NCBI GenBank assembly: GCA_965248445.1 | Contig: CBDFJG010000004.1 | Coordinates: forward strand, 1,120,001-1,184,000 | Source of the DNA: Planctomycetota bacterium | Lineage (GTDB): Bacteria > Planctomycetota > JAJSAM01 > JAJVHW01 | DNA: 64,000 nucleotides | Direction: 5' to 3' | Shown: positions 1 to 9,904 of the stretch, one piece after another | Position numbering within the stretch: position 1 is the first letter of the stretch | How the letters are laid out: every line of letters begins with the position of its first letter | Notes under the pieces: model-generated | Databases searched by the model: none | What the model saw: the letters and a program-made list of their open reading frames with translations, nothing else | Told to the model about the DNA's origin: nothing | Made by a program: the position numbers and the translations under genes

Positions 1-1010
1 ATCGCGGTCTTGGGGAAGATGTAGAAAGCACCGGTCGGTTCGACGATCTCCATGCCCATCTCGCGCAGCGCGGGCAAGAGCACATCGCGCTTCTTGCGAT
101 AGATCTCCGGGTCGATGGTCGTGCCCTGGAGTTGTGCCACAGCGCGCTGTTGAGTCGCCGGCGCGTTCACGAACCCGAGTGTCCGCGTCGCGAACGTGAG
201 CCCGGAGACGATGTCACCGAGCCCCTCCATCCCGGGTGCGGGTGCGATGAACCCGATCCTCTCGCCCGGCATCGCGAGGTCCTTGCTGTGCGACGTCACG
301 ACGATCGTGTCCGGGTAACTGTGGTAGATCCACGGCACCTCGACGTCGTACGCGATGTAGCGGTACGGCTCGTCGCTGATCAGGAAGATGCGCGTGCCCC
401 GGCGCTCGGACTCCTCGGACAGGAGCGCACCGACGGCGTCGAGCGACGCGTGCGGATACGTGACTCCGGTCGGGTTGTTCGGGCTGTTGACGATGACGGC
501 CTTGGTCCGGTCCGTGATCGCTGCGCGAATCGCGTCGACGTCCGGCAGGAAGGACTCGTCCGTCGGCACCTGGACGGTCTTGCCCCCGTGGTTGTCCACG
601 TAGAAGACGTACTCGACGAAGAACGGCGTGAGCACGATGACTTCGTCCTCGGGGTCGAGGAGAGTCTTCATGATCACGTTGAGGCCGCCGCCTGCCCCCA
701 CGCACATCACCACGCCGGCGCCCGTGAACGTCAGCCCCGTCTTGCTGGAGAGGTGGGCCGCCACCGCCTCCCGCACGTGGGGGTACCCGGCGTTCTGCAT
801 GTAGCGGTGCGCCCCCCGCTCCGTGGTCCCCGCCGCGGCCGCGAGCGCGTCGATCACCTGCTTCGGCGGCTCGACCACGGGGTTGCCGAGGGAGAAGTCG
901 TAGACGTTCTCCGCGCCGTGCTCGGCTTTGAGGCGGGCGCCCTGCTCGAACATGCGCCGGATCCAGGACGATGACTTCATCGCCTCGGCGATCTTGCGCG
1001 AGATGGGCAT
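1..1010 (-). CDS. PLP-dependent aminotransferase class I/II (aspartate aminotransferase-like), truncated by window edge
   Basis: Manual minus-strand translation from ATG at 1010: MPISRKIAEAMKSSSWIRRMFEQG...FSLGNPVVEPP...HRYMQNAGY...VNSPNNPTG...LISDEPYR...SHSKDLAMPGERIG. Absent from ORF track because no stop lies inside the window. Confidence 0.92.
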   Translation of the reverse strand, partial: MPISRKIAEAMKSSSWIRRMFEQGARLKAEHGAENVYDFSLGNPVVEPPKQVIDALAAAAGTTERGAHRYMQNAGYPHVREAVAAHLSSKTGLTFTGAGVVMCVGAGGGLNVIMKTLLDPEDEVIVLTPFFVEYVFYVDNHGGKTVQVPTDESFLPDVDAIRAAITDRTKAVIVNSPNNPTGVTYPHASLDAVGALLSEESERRGTRIFLISDEPYRYIAYDVEVPWIYHSYPDTIVVTSHSKDLAMPGERIGFIAPAPGMEGLGDIVSGLTFATRTLGFVNAPATQQRAVAQLQGTTIDPEIYRKKRDVLLPALREMGMEIVEPTGAFYIFPKTA

Positions 1011-1143
1011 CAGCTCTGCTCCCCTCAAGACAGTTCATCCGACCAGTCCGTTCGCCGGCCGCCTCACCGGACACTCGCCCGGGAAGCACGAACCGCCGAG
1101 GGTACCCGAAGGCATAGGGGCGCACCGCCGGTACGATCTCAGC

Positions 1144-2376
1144 GTGCAGGTCACGACGATGCGGCGTGTGGACAGATGGCTCGGGCGGCCCCTCTGCTTC
1201 GGGCTGACCCTGCTCCGTCGCGTTCTGCCCGAGCGGGAGATCCCAGCCCGGGACGCCGTGCGACGGGTGCTCTTCGTGAAGCTGTCGGAGATGGGCGCGA
1301 TCGCGCTCGCCGCCCCGGCTTTTCGCGAGGTCCGATCCGTCTTCCCGGACGCGGAGCCGCACCTGCTCTGCTTCGAAGGGAGCGCCGAGATTGCGACGGT
1401 CGCCGGCGGGCTCCACCCGGACCAGGTCCACGTGGTCAGGACGGGAGGGCTGTTCCGGACCCTGTTCGGCCTGTTCGGCGGCGTGTGGCGCATGCGGCGG
1501 CAGCGCTTCGACGTGATCGTCGACCTCGAGTACCTCTCCCGCGTCGGCGCGGCGCTCACTTACCTGGCGCGGGCACCGGTGCGGGCCGGGTTCCACCGCT
1601 TCCTCGCAGAGGGCCTGTACTGCGGCGATCTCTACACGCACCGCGCGACGTGGAATCCGTATCTGCACGTTGCGCAGTCGATGGTCATGCTGGTTCGCGC
1701 CGCCGCGCGCAGCCCCGAAGAGAGCCCGCTCCCCAAGGAACCGGCGCCGAGTCTCTCGAAGCTGACCTTCCCGAGCTTCACGCCGACGGCCGAAGGACGC
1801 GCAACGGTCATCGCAAAGCTGCAACAGGCCGGCGTCCGGCCCGGCACGGAGCTGCTGCTCGTGAACCCGAATTCGAGCGACCTCCTGCCCCTCCGGCGAT
1901 GGCCCCGGCAGCACTTCATCGAGCTGATCCAGCAGATGCGTTCGGCGCGGCCCGCGTCCTGGATCGTGCTCACCGGCGCGCGAGACGAAGTCGAGCTCGC
2001 GAACATCATCATCGCGGAGCTCTCGACACTCCCGGGCGGGCGCGATCGCGTCTCGTCGCTCGTGGGGCAGACCTCGTTTACCGAGCTTCTGACGCTCTAC
2101 TCGATGTCGGCGATGCTGATCAGTGCCGACAGCGGCCCGCCGCACTTCGCGTCGCTCACCGACATCCTCGGGATCGCGCTGTTCGGCCCCGAGACACCGG
2201 ACTTGTACGGACCGGTCTCGCGACGCATCCGTCCGATCTCGCGCGGACTGGCGTGCAGCCCGTGCATCCACGCATGGAACCGGCGCGCGTCGTCGTGCAC
2301 GGACAACGTATGCATGCAGGAGATATCCCCACGCGTGGTCACGCAGGCCGCGCTGGCGCTGCTTGCCGACAAGTGA
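1144..2376 (+). CDS. Glycosyltransferase family 9 (ADP-heptose:LPS heptosyltransferase-like)
   Basis: ORF 928..2376; motifs VKLSEMGAIAL, RRWP, LISADSGPPHFA, ALFGPETP, CSPC. GTG at 1144 chosen because TACGAT lies 6 nt upstream. Confidence 0.88.
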   Translation: MQVTTMRRVDRWLGRPLCFGLTLLRRVLPEREIPARDAVRRVLFVKLSEMGAIALAAPAFREVRSVFPDAEPHLLCFEGSAEIATVAGGLHPDQVHVVRTGGLFRTLFGLFGGVWRMRRQRFDVIVDLEYLSRVGAALTYLARAPVRAGFHRFLAEGLYCGDLYTHRATWNPYLHVAQSMVMLVRAAARSPEESPLPKEPAPSLSKLTFPSFTPTAEGRATVIAKLQQAGVRPGTELLLVNPNSSDLLPLRRWPRQHFIELIQQMRSARPASWIVLTGARDEVELANIIIAELSTLPGGRDRVSSLVGQTSFTELLTLYSMSAMLISADSGPPHFASLTDILGIALFGPETPDLYGPVSRRIRPISRGLACSPCIHAWNRRASSCTDNVCMQEISPRVVTQAALALLADK

Positions 2377-2907
2377 GGTTCCCCGGCCCTCCCGGCGATC
2401 ACACGAAGCGCTTCACCGACCGCGTCGCCAACTACGTGAAGTACCGCCCCGGATACCCGGCCGGGGTGCTCCCCCACCTGCGCACAGTGGCGGGCCTCCA
2501 GCCGGGGCAGGTGATCGCGGATACTGCGCCCGGGCGGGTTCGTGGCACTCATCTGGAACGAGCGCCGCACGGACTCGTCGGGCTTCCTGCGCGGCTACGA
2601 GTCTCTCCTGCAGCAGTACTCGCCGGAGTACCCCGTGGCGTCGATCCAGCACGAGGCCGACACGTCGCTCCGGACGTTCTTCGGTGACGCCGGGTTCGCT
2701 CTCGCGCAATTCGACAACGAACAGGTCTTCGATTACGAGTCGCTGCGCGGCCGAGCGCTCTCGAGCTCGTACTTTCCCCGCGAAGGCCACGCGAATCACG
2801 CGCCGCTCCTGGCCGAGTTGGAGGCGCTCTTCGCCGTCGAACAGAGAGACGGCCACGTCGTGTTCGAGTACGACACGCACGTCTACACCGGTGTGCCAGC
2901 ATCGTGA
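2373..2907 (+). pseudogene. Class I SAM-dependent methyltransferase with internal deletion and frameshift
   Basis: N-terminal part (RFTDRVANYVKYRPGYP...GQVIAD) is joined at about 2516-2525, in a different frame, to the C-terminal part (ILRPGGFVALIWNERRTD...SSSYFP...FEYDTHVY). The SAM-binding GxGxG motif and the central region are missing. Confidence 0.8.
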
Positions 2908-2938
2908 ACGCGCGGCCGGAGTCGGCTACGCTTCCAGA

Positions 2939-4138
2939 ATGAGGTCTGTCGGACTGCTGACCATCGCGCTGCTTTGCGCCGCCCCGCCGAGTCTTGGGGC
3001 AGACGACGACTTCGACAAGAAGGCGCGCACAAAGCCGATCGCGATCCACGAGATGCCGCTGCACATGTACGCGCTTCCACGCGGCAAGGAAGTCAGCGAG
3101 GCGGCCACCGCCGTCACGACCAAGATCGCGAACAAGAACATCGTGTTCGTCGACGTCGACGCGAACGGCAAGTACGACGATGCGGGCGTCGACGGCTGGG
3201 TTGTGAACGCCAAGGGCCGCAACTACATCGTCCCGATGGAGGAGTGGATCGTCGTCAAGGGGCGCCGCATCTGGCTGCGATTCGACGAGGACGGCAAGCA
3301 GGTTCTCTATCGCGAGGAGAAGCCTGTCTGGCCGAGCCGGCTGCCACGGCTCAAGGGCAAGGGCGCCGGCATCGAGCTGAGGCAGACCAAGAAAGACGTG
3401 TCTAAGGGGCTGCTCGTGTGGAACGACCTGCGGCTCCGGAACGGGCTGCCGCCGCTCTACCTGGACGAGGAGCTCACGTTCGGTTGCATCATGCACGCGC
3501 GCTACATGAGCCGGCACGGCTTGGGGCACGACGAGGACCCCGAGCTGGGGGGATTCACCGAGGAGGGGCGCACTGCCGGCAAGAGCGGCAGCGTCGGCTC
3601 ACTGTCGTCCGCGCAGGAGATCTACGGCGCGTACTCGACGCTCTACCACCGTATCTCGCTGTTCCACCCGTACACGCGGGGAGGCGGCGTCGGTGATGCG
3701 CGCAGCTTCTCCTGCTTCAACGGTACGGAGAGTCGCGCCAAGCGCAGGTGGCAATGGCCGGTCGCGGTACCCGCGGACGGGTGCGAGGACGTGCTCCTCA
3801 CCTACGCGGGCGAGCGCCCGGTGCCCCACCCCTACCTGCGCAAGCGGGGTGTGTTCACCGGTGGCGGCGGGTTCCCCATCACGCTGACGTTCGAACGTCC
3901 CGAGGTCACGGACGTCACGGCGGAACTGCGGAAGGACGGCCCCGAGGGCGCAGCCATCCCGTTCGCACTCTCTTCGCCGGAGAAGCCGGCCAACGAGACC
4001 GTGCCGACGAACTACAAGACGATCTGCCTGATGCCCCATGCGCGGCTGAAGCCGCGCACCACGTACTGGGTGCACGCCACTTGGAAGTACCGAAAGAAGC
4101 CAGGTGAACGCACCTGGTCCTTCAAGACCGGCCGCTGA
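2939..4138 (+). CDS. Secreted CAP (SCP/PR-1) domain protein with C-terminal Ig-like segment
   Basis: Signal peptide MRSVGLLTIALLCAAPPSLGA; CAP-like WNDLRLRNGLPPL...HARYM...HDED...TLYHRISLF; C-terminal LKPRTTY...WSFKT. Confidence 0.75.
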   Translation: MRSVGLLTIALLCAAPPSLGADDDFDKKARTKPIAIHEMPLHMYALPRGKEVSEAATAVTTKIANKNIVFVDVDANGKYDDAGVDGWVVNAKGRNYIVPMEEWIVVKGRRIWLRFDEDGKQVLYREEKPVWPSRLPRLKGKGAGIELRQTKKDVSKGLLVWNDLRLRNGLPPLYLDEELTFGCIMHARYMSRHGLGHDEDPELGGFTEEGRTAGKSGSVGSLSSAQEIYGAYSTLYHRISLFHPYTRGGGVGDARSFSCFNGTESRAKRRWQWPVAVPADGCEDVLLTYAGERPVPHPYLRKRGVFTGGGGFPITLTFERPEVTDVTAELRKDGPEGAAIPFALSSPEKPANETVPTNYKTICLMPHARLKPRTTYWVHATWKYRKKPGERTWSFKTGR

Positions 4139-4237
4139 GTCCGGTGGGCTGCTGTCGCGACGGGCACTTGAGGTCCGACCCAAGGGGGCACAGAATGCGG
4201 CGGGAGGGCTCGGCATGACGCCGCAGGACATGACACC

Positions 4238-4990
4238 GTGAAGGACTTCTTCAGCAAGTTCACGTTCGGGTTCCTGATCGCTCAGGTCGTGCCCGGGGCG
4301 ATCGTCATCGTCGCGCTCACGCTGGTGTACGAACTGATCAGCGGCCCGCCACAGGCCTCGCTGCTCGGGCTGGTGGCCGAAGCGAAGCGGGACTGGGGAG
4401 CCAACACGGACAGGCGGCTGGCGTTCCTCGCGGCAGCCGTCTTCGCGGGAATGCTGGTTCACGGCCTGCACTGGACGGTGCTCGGCTTCCTGGAGACGGA
4501 GGACTTGGTTCCGGAGGACGACGAGCGGTATCCCGTGGTTCTTCCGACGTGGGTCCGCTCAGGAGTAGTCGCCGACACGTTCTGCCACCGCGCGCGTTTC
4601 GCCTACCAACTCGGATTCGCGCCCGTCAAGCTGCTGATCGAGATCGTGCTTCTGCTGATCTACGCCAGGGATCCGCGGAAGATCGCGATCGAGGAGAACA
4701 CGCACTTGATCGACAAGGACCACATGGCGCAGTTCCAGTGGTTGCAGGACTTCTACCTCCACTTCGCACAGTTCTTCGCACACACGTCCTACGCTCTCGT
4801 CACGCTGACCGCAGCAGTCATCTGGGTCGTCGCAGAACTCGGGGCGACGCCCGGTCGCATCTTTGCGGCCGCACTCTGCTACCTACTTTGCGGGCTCTGC
4901 TTCGTGATCGCGCGCGTCCAGCTGGCATCGCTGTACAAGAACGTGCGCGCTCTGCGCACACCCGAGCGCGTGCCGATGCCTCCGATCTGA
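4238..4990 (+). CDS. Hypothetical multi-pass membrane protein
   Basis: 250-aa ORF with several hydrophobic segments and GC3-rich codon usage; family not recognised. Confidence 0.7.
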   Translation: MKDFFSKFTFGFLIAQVVPGAIVIVALTLVYELISGPPQASLLGLVAEAKRDWGANTDRRLAFLAAAVFAGMLVHGLHWTVLGFLETEDLVPEDDERYPVVLPTWVRSGVVADTFCHRARFAYQLGFAPVKLLIEIVLLLIYARDPRKIAIEENTHLIDKDHMAQFQWLQDFYLHFAQFFAHTSYALVTLTAAVIWVVAELGATPGRIFAAALCYLLCGLCFVIARVQLASLYKNVRALRTPERVPMPPI

Positions 4991-4996
4991 ACTCGG

Positions 4997-6682
4997 CTAC
5001 CGGCCGAAGACGCGGCCGTAGCGATAGGTCGTCTCCAGAGTCAGGCAGTTGAGCGCCGTCGAGTAGACGCGTCCGCCCTCGGCTCCCCATGGACCGATCG
5101 GATCCCACGAGCCGCGCTCGTCGCGGCCTCGGGTCATGCGCTGATGCGGCACGAGGGCAGCATCGACCGATTGCGACCAGTGCGTCCAGGATCGTCCGCC
5201 GACCTGGTACATCGCGAGCGAGCCCCAGAACCAGTAGTAGGAGTCGATCGTGCCGGCTTCGACATCCCAGCGTGCCGGCTTCTTCAGCAGCAGTTGGGCG
5301 CCCTTCTCGATGAACTCGTTCTTGGCGGGATCCTGGCCGCAGAAGATGCGGACCAGCATGCCGACGCCGGTGAGTGACTCGCTCTCGTCGGCCGGGAACT
5401 TGTCCGCCATGCCTTGGGTGCGCGCGGGCGGACCGCCGCGGCGCTGATAGCCGACGCGGCCGAACTCGGGCTCCGTCATCTTGTCGATCCACGCGAGCGC
5501 GCCCCGGAACGCACCAGCGTCCACGTCGAGTTCCGCCATCTTCGCGGATGTCAGCGCCGCGACCGCCCAGCCGGTGACGGAGGTGTCGTTGTCGCCGTCG
5601 CGTACGCCGTAGCGCCAGGCCAGATACGGGTTCTGCGACTTGTGCACGAAGTCGACCCCGCGCTGCGCCGGCTCCTTGAAGAGCCGCGAACCGCTCAGGC
5701 CGTACGCCTCGGTCATGGCGAGCGTCGCCATGAAGTTGTTGTACTGCTTCTGATAGTTGTTCTGCGGGCCGAAGCGACCCTCGCTGTCCTGGATCGACTT
5801 CAGGTAGCGCAGCGCGTTCTTGACGGTGTCCTTGTACGGCCCGCTGTTGTGGGTCTCGCCGCGGCCCAGGAACGCCAGCGTTGCGAGAGCAGTGGCGCCG
5901 GGATCGTACTGGGCTTCTCCAGGCCCGGAGCAGCGGTTCAGCTTGCACTGCGCGTGGAATCCGTCCGCATCCCAACTACCGTCCGGACTCTGGTGGTTCG
6001 CGAGCCACTCGAGTGCGAGATCGACGGCGGTCTGCTGCGACTTGACGCCAGTGCGACGCGCCACGCGCGGGTTGCCGCGCCCGCCGGTCCCGCCGCTGAC
6101 GCCAGGCGTAGTGGCGACGAACGGTGCCTTGTCGAACTCCTCGACCGGATCGGGCGGAAGCCGTGGATCGCGACGGGCTCCCGGCGGGCGTCGCCGGGGG
6201 CGGTCCTTCTCCACGTGCTCTTCACCGTGTCGACTGACGACCGGGCTCTCGAACGGCTCGTCCTCGGCGATGTCGGGGACAGTGGTGTCCGCGATCCGTG
6301 GCGGAGGCGCGCCGGCGACCGTGAGCGACGCGTGGATCTGCATCTCTCCGTAAGCGGTGGGCATGGACTCGAGGATCTTCGGTGCGAACCCGTCCTTCTC
6401 GAGACGCACCGTGTGACGTCCCTCGGCAAGCCCTGTGACTGTCAAGGGCGTCAGCCCGCGGGGGACTCCGTCCACGGTGACCATTGCGCCCTCTGGCTCG
6501 CTGAAGACGCGCAGCGTCGCGATCGCGGTCTCCTGCGAGGCGCCGGACGACGCGCGGCCGCTCAGCATCCACGCAGACGAGATCAGGGCGATGGCGACGA
6601 TGCCCGCCGCGAGGACGACGTACGCGCGTCCGCGTTCGCCGATGTCCTTGCCGCTGATGTTCTCGAATCTCGAATTCGTCAT
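4997..6682 (-). CDS. PEGA-domain + prenyltransferase/squalene-cyclase-repeat protein
   Basis: N-terminal TM, PEGA (LRVFSEPEGAMVTVDG...GLTP...GRHTVRLEKDGF), then QW-like repeats (WLANHQSPDGSW, QDSEGRF, RGSWDP) and GDNDTSVT. Confidence 0.85.
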   Translation of the reverse strand: MTNSRFENISGKDIGERGRAYVVLAAGIVAIALISSAWMLSGRASSGASQETAIATLRVFSEPEGAMVTVDGVPRGLTPLTVTGLAEGRHTVRLEKDGFAPKILESMPTAYGEMQIHASLTVAGAPPPRIADTTVPDIAEDEPFESPVVSRHGEEHVEKDRPRRRPPGARRDPRLPPDPVEEFDKAPFVATTPGVSGGTGGRGNPRVARRTGVKSQQTAVDLALEWLANHQSPDGSWDADGFHAQCKLNRCSGPGEAQYDPGATALATLAFLGRGETHNSGPYKDTVKNALRYLKSIQDSEGRFGPQNNYQKQYNNFMATLAMTEAYGLSGSRLFKEPAQRGVDFVHKSQNPYLAWRYGVRDGDNDTSVTGWAVAALTSAKMAELDVDAGAFRGALAWIDKMTEPEFGRVGYQRRGGPPARTQGMADKFPADESESLTGVGMLVRIFCGQDPAKNEFIEKGAQLLLKKPARWDVEAGTIDSYYWFWGSLAMYQVGGRSWTHWSQSVDAALVPHQRMTRGRDERGSWDPIGPWGAEGGRVYSTALNCLTLETTYRYGRVFGR

Positions 6683-6797
6683 GACTCATCCCTCCCCGTT
6701 GTCGGGACGGATGACGCGGCAGTCCGCGGGATGCGCTCGCGAACGCTCGGCGTCAGATGATCCGTCCGTCAACGGCCAGACTGTCCATCAACACACA

Positions 6798-6827
6798 GCG
6801 CCCCGGGAGCCAGTGCTCCCGGGGCGC
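6798..6827 (-). terminator. Probable intrinsic terminator downstream of 6853..8421
   Basis: Perfect 13-bp stem GCGCCCCGGGAGC-cagt-GCTCCCGGGGCGC followed on the minus strand by TGTGTGTTGAT. Confidence 0.65.
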
Positions 6828-6852
6828 GTTGATCGCCTAATGGGAGCGCGGT

Positions 6853-8421
6853 CTATTTACGACCATCGGCTCCGAACACGCGGCCATAGCGGTAGTACAC
6901 CTCGAGGCAGAGGCAGTTCATGGTCGTCGAGTACACGCGGCCGCCCTCCGGCGCCCACGGGTCCACCGGGTCCCACGAACCGATCTCGTCGCGGCCCGCT
7001 TCCTTGCGCTGGTGGTTCACGATGGCTTCTTCCATCGAGCCCTTCCAGGCCTTCCACTCCTTGCCACCGACCTGGAACATCGCCAGCGTCGCGTAGTACC
7101 AGTAGTAGAAGTCGATCGTGCCGGCATCGACGTCCCAACGTGGGGGCTTCTTGCCCATGAGGCCGGCGCCCTTCTTGATGAACTCGTTGGTCGCCGGGTC
7201 CTGGCCCACGAAGATGCGCGTGAGCACTCCCACACCCGTGAGCGACTCGCTCTGGTCGGCCGGGAACTTCTCCTGCATGTCCTGGGTACGCGCCGGCGGA
7301 CCGCCGCGACGCTGGTAGCCGACGCGACCGAACTCGGGCTCGGTCATCTTCTCGATCCACGCCAAGGCGCCGCGGAACGAGCCCTCGTCGACGTCGAGTT
7401 CCGCCATCTTGGCGGACTTGAGCACCATCACGGCCCAGCCGGTGACGGACGTGTCGTTGTCGCCGTCACGGATGCCGTAGCGCCAGGCCAGGTACGGGTT
7501 CTGGGACTTGTGGACGAAGTTGACACCGCGCTGCGCCGGCTCCTTGAAGAGTCGCGAGCCGGTGAGGCCGTACGCCTCGGTCATCGCGAGCGCCGCGCAC
7601 ACGTGGTTGTACTGCCACTGGTGTCCGACCTGCGGGCCGAAGCAGCCCTCGCCGTCCTGGATGCCCTTCAGATAGCGCAGACCGTTCTTGACCGTCTCCT
7701 TGTACTGACCGCTGTTGTGCGTCTCGCCTGCACCGAGGAAGCACAGGAGCGCGAGGCCGGACTGGCCGGGGTCGTACACGGACTCACCCGGACCGCTGCA
7801 CTGGTTGAGCTTGCACTGGTCCTGGAAGCCGTCGGAGTCCCAGTGGCCGCCGGGGCTCTGGTGGTTCTTCAGCCACTCGAGCGCGAGGTCCACTGCGCTC
7901 TGCGTCTTGCGACCACCGCCGCCTGCGCGCAGATTGCGCCGACCGCCGCGGCGTCCGCCGAACGAGCCGCCCGCTCCGCCACCGATGCCGATCGTGCCGT
8001 TCGTGCCCGGGCCCTCGAACGGTGCGTCCGAGTTGAACCGCGGGTCGCCGAGCGACTCGTTGTCATCCATGTCGTTGTCGGTCTCGTTGTGGTCACTGAC
8101 CTTCGCGTCCTTGATGACGGGGTCCTCGACCGCCTTCTCCATCTCTTCGATGGGCTTGTCCTCTTCGACCTCCGGCTCGATCTCTTCCTCGAGTTCCGGG
8201 GTATCGACCGCCTGTGACATCTCGATGCGCTTGGGCGCGTCCTCCGTGCCGATGTCGGTGGGCATCAGGAGGAGAAGCAGGAAGATGACGCCGTGCACTC
8301 CGATGGAGCACAGGATCCACGGGGCGTTCTTCATCTGCTGGTAGAGGATTTCGCCGAAGTCGTCGGTGCCCTCCCCTTCCAGGATCTCCCGCTTGCTGCG
8401 GTAGCTGTCGATCATTGCCAT
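6853..8421 (-). CDS. Prenyltransferase/squalene-cyclase-repeat (terpene cyclase/mutase-like) protein with N-terminal TM and acidic linker
   Basis: TM WILCSIGVHGVIFLLLLL, acidic linker, Gly/Arg stretch, then an alpha/alpha-toroid repeat domain closely similar to that of 4997..6682. Confidence 0.88.
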   Translation of the reverse strand: MAMIDSYRSKREILEGEGTDDFGEILYQQMKNAPWILCSIGVHGVIFLLLLLMPTDIGTEDAPKRIEMSQAVDTPELEEEIEPEVEEDKPIEEMEKAVEDPVIKDAKVSDHNETDNDMDDNESLGDPRFNSDAPFEGPGTNGTIGIGGGAGGSFGGRRGGRRNLRAGGGGRKTQSAVDLALEWLKNHQSPGGHWDSDGFQDQCKLNQCSGPGESVYDPGQSGLALLCFLGAGETHNSGQYKETVKNGLRYLKGIQDGEGCFGPQVGHQWQYNHVCAALAMTEAYGLTGSRLFKEPAQRGVNFVHKSQNPYLAWRYGIRDGDNDTSVTGWAVMVLKSAKMAELDVDEGSFRGALAWIEKMTEPEFGRVGYQRRGGPPARTQDMQEKFPADQSESLTGVGVLTRIFVGQDPATNEFIKKGAGLMGKKPPRWDVDAGTIDFYYWYYATLAMFQVGGKEWKAWKGSMEEAIVNHQRKEAGRDEIGSWDPVDPWAPEGGRVYSTTMNCLCLEVYYRYGRVFGADGRK

Positions 8422-8716
8422 CGGTGTTCCTCTCGGCGCTTCTTCCGGCGATCCGGCTCGCGGATCGGTGCGGAGACGGGCGCGCCGCGCCCCGTCATGT
8501 CTCGACTAGTCGGCTTCCTTCTCGCTGTCGCCGGCCCGGATTGGACTCTCCGGCCGGCCGTCGGATCGTAGCCCGGGTCCGACACCTCTCTCAACGAATG
8601 GGCTCAGGAAAGGTTCGGGGGTCGGAGAAGAATTCACAAGACGTTGCGGCTAAAGAGGTTATGGCCGCGCCAGCAAGCTCGCTCCGAAGACGGACCGAGG
8701 CCGGCCGGCCAACAGC

Positions 8717-9895
8717 TCACAGGCTGAACTGCTCGAGCACCGCCGTGCGCGCGTCCTCGAGGACGCGGCGGAGGTCGTCTGCCCGGTGCACGGGCCGGAC
8801 GGTTGCCTGCTCGAGGAGACGCAGTTCGACTTCGTACGCGCCGAGCTGGCGCTTGCGATCTCCGAGCAGCGTCCGGATCTTCTCGTGCACGTCGTCGTAC
8901 TCGAGCGTGCGCGCTTCGACGGCACCCTCGTTCTGCATGAGGTAGAACGTGCCGCCCTTCTCGATGACCTCCGAGACAGCGCCCGACGGAGTGCCGAATG
9001 CGAATTCGTCGATCCATGGCGCGCGCTCGCCCGGTGCGACCTCCAGCAGCGCGTACGGATCCTCGGCGGCCATCTCGGGCACCGTCTCGCGGTAGACGGG
9101 CACCCAGTCCTCGCCCCCGCGAAGCCGCCGCTGAGCGTTCTCCGCCTTGCTCCTGGCGGCCATGTGCGCCGCCTCGTAGTCGCGGGCGTCGGGACTCGGC
9201 TGCACGATCATGATCCGGAGCTTCCCGTGGCGAGGGATGTCGAACACCTCGGGGTTGCGCTCGTAGAAGTCCTTCACCTCCGCGGGTGACACGTACGGAT
9301 CGATCATCGGGCGCACGCGCGGGTCGCCGCCGCCAACGCCCATCGCAGAGCGCAGGTAGCGCTCCATGACCGTCGTGCGCACGATCTCGCGCTCGTACTC
9401 CCGGCGCGTCATGCCGCGCTCGCGCAGGAACGCCTCGAGCGTGCCGCCGTTCCGCTTGATCTCCTCGACGCGCGCGTCGCGCAACTCGTCCAGCTCGTCG
9501 CGCTTCAGCTCGACGCCGGCGTCCTTCGCAGCGTGGTAGATGATCCGGTCGCGCAGAATGCCGATGAGAGCGCGCTGCTCGATCGTGGACTTCTCGGAAC
9601 CAGGCGCGAGCACAGCGAGTTGAGGACCGACCTCGAGCAGGACGTCGCGGTACGTGACAACCTCGTCGTTGACCCACGCGACTACCCGGCTGGACGAGCC
9701 CGGATCCGGAAGCAGTTCCTCGGTCGGCACCTCTTCGCGGGCCGCCGTCGCGCCCCGCCGCTCGAGCGGAGCGGCCACGTCGGTGTCGTCGCCGGTGAAG
9801 ACCGGAGGCGGGCCGCCCTCGCCGGGCAGCGGGCCCGACGCGCAAGCCAGGACGAGAGACGCGAACGCGATGAGAGACGGTGTTGCGATCCGCAT
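8717..9895 (-). CDS. SurA-like / PpiC-type peptidyl-prolyl isomerase chaperone (lipoprotein-like signal)
   Basis: LVLAC lipobox-like; RVVAWVNDEVVTY (SurA N-domain); DEFAF...GAVSEVIE...FYL (degenerate rotamase); directly downstream of mfd. Confidence 0.75.
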   Translation of the reverse strand: MRIATPSLIAFASLVLACASGPLPGEGGPPPVFTGDDTDVAAPLERRGATAAREEVPTEELLPDPGSSSRVVAWVNDEVVTYRDVLLEVGPQLAVLAPGSEKSTIEQRALIGILRDRIIYHAAKDAGVELKRDELDELRDARVEEIKRNGGTLEAFLRERGMTRREYEREIVRTTVMERYLRSAMGVGGGDPRVRPMIDPYVSPAEVKDFYERNPEVFDIPRHGKLRIMIVQPSPDARDYEAAHMAARSKAENAQRRLRGGEDWVPVYRETVPEMAAEDPYALLEVAPGERAPWIDEFAFGTPSGAVSEVIEKGGTFYLMQNEGAVEARTLEYDDVHEKIRTLLGDRKRQLGAYEVELRLLEQATVRPVHRADDLRRVLEDARTAVLEQFSL

Positions 9896-9904
9896 GCGGG
9901 GAGG

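Noticed and set aside
4997..8421. Squalene-hopene cyclase / hopanoid cluster
   Set aside because: Single toroid domain, no DxDD motif, and no hpn genes.
8590..8665. Possible ECF-type promoter (minus strand GAACC-N15-CGTT) and weak palindrome upstream of the cyclase-like gene
   Set aside because: Single short match with no second instance to support it.
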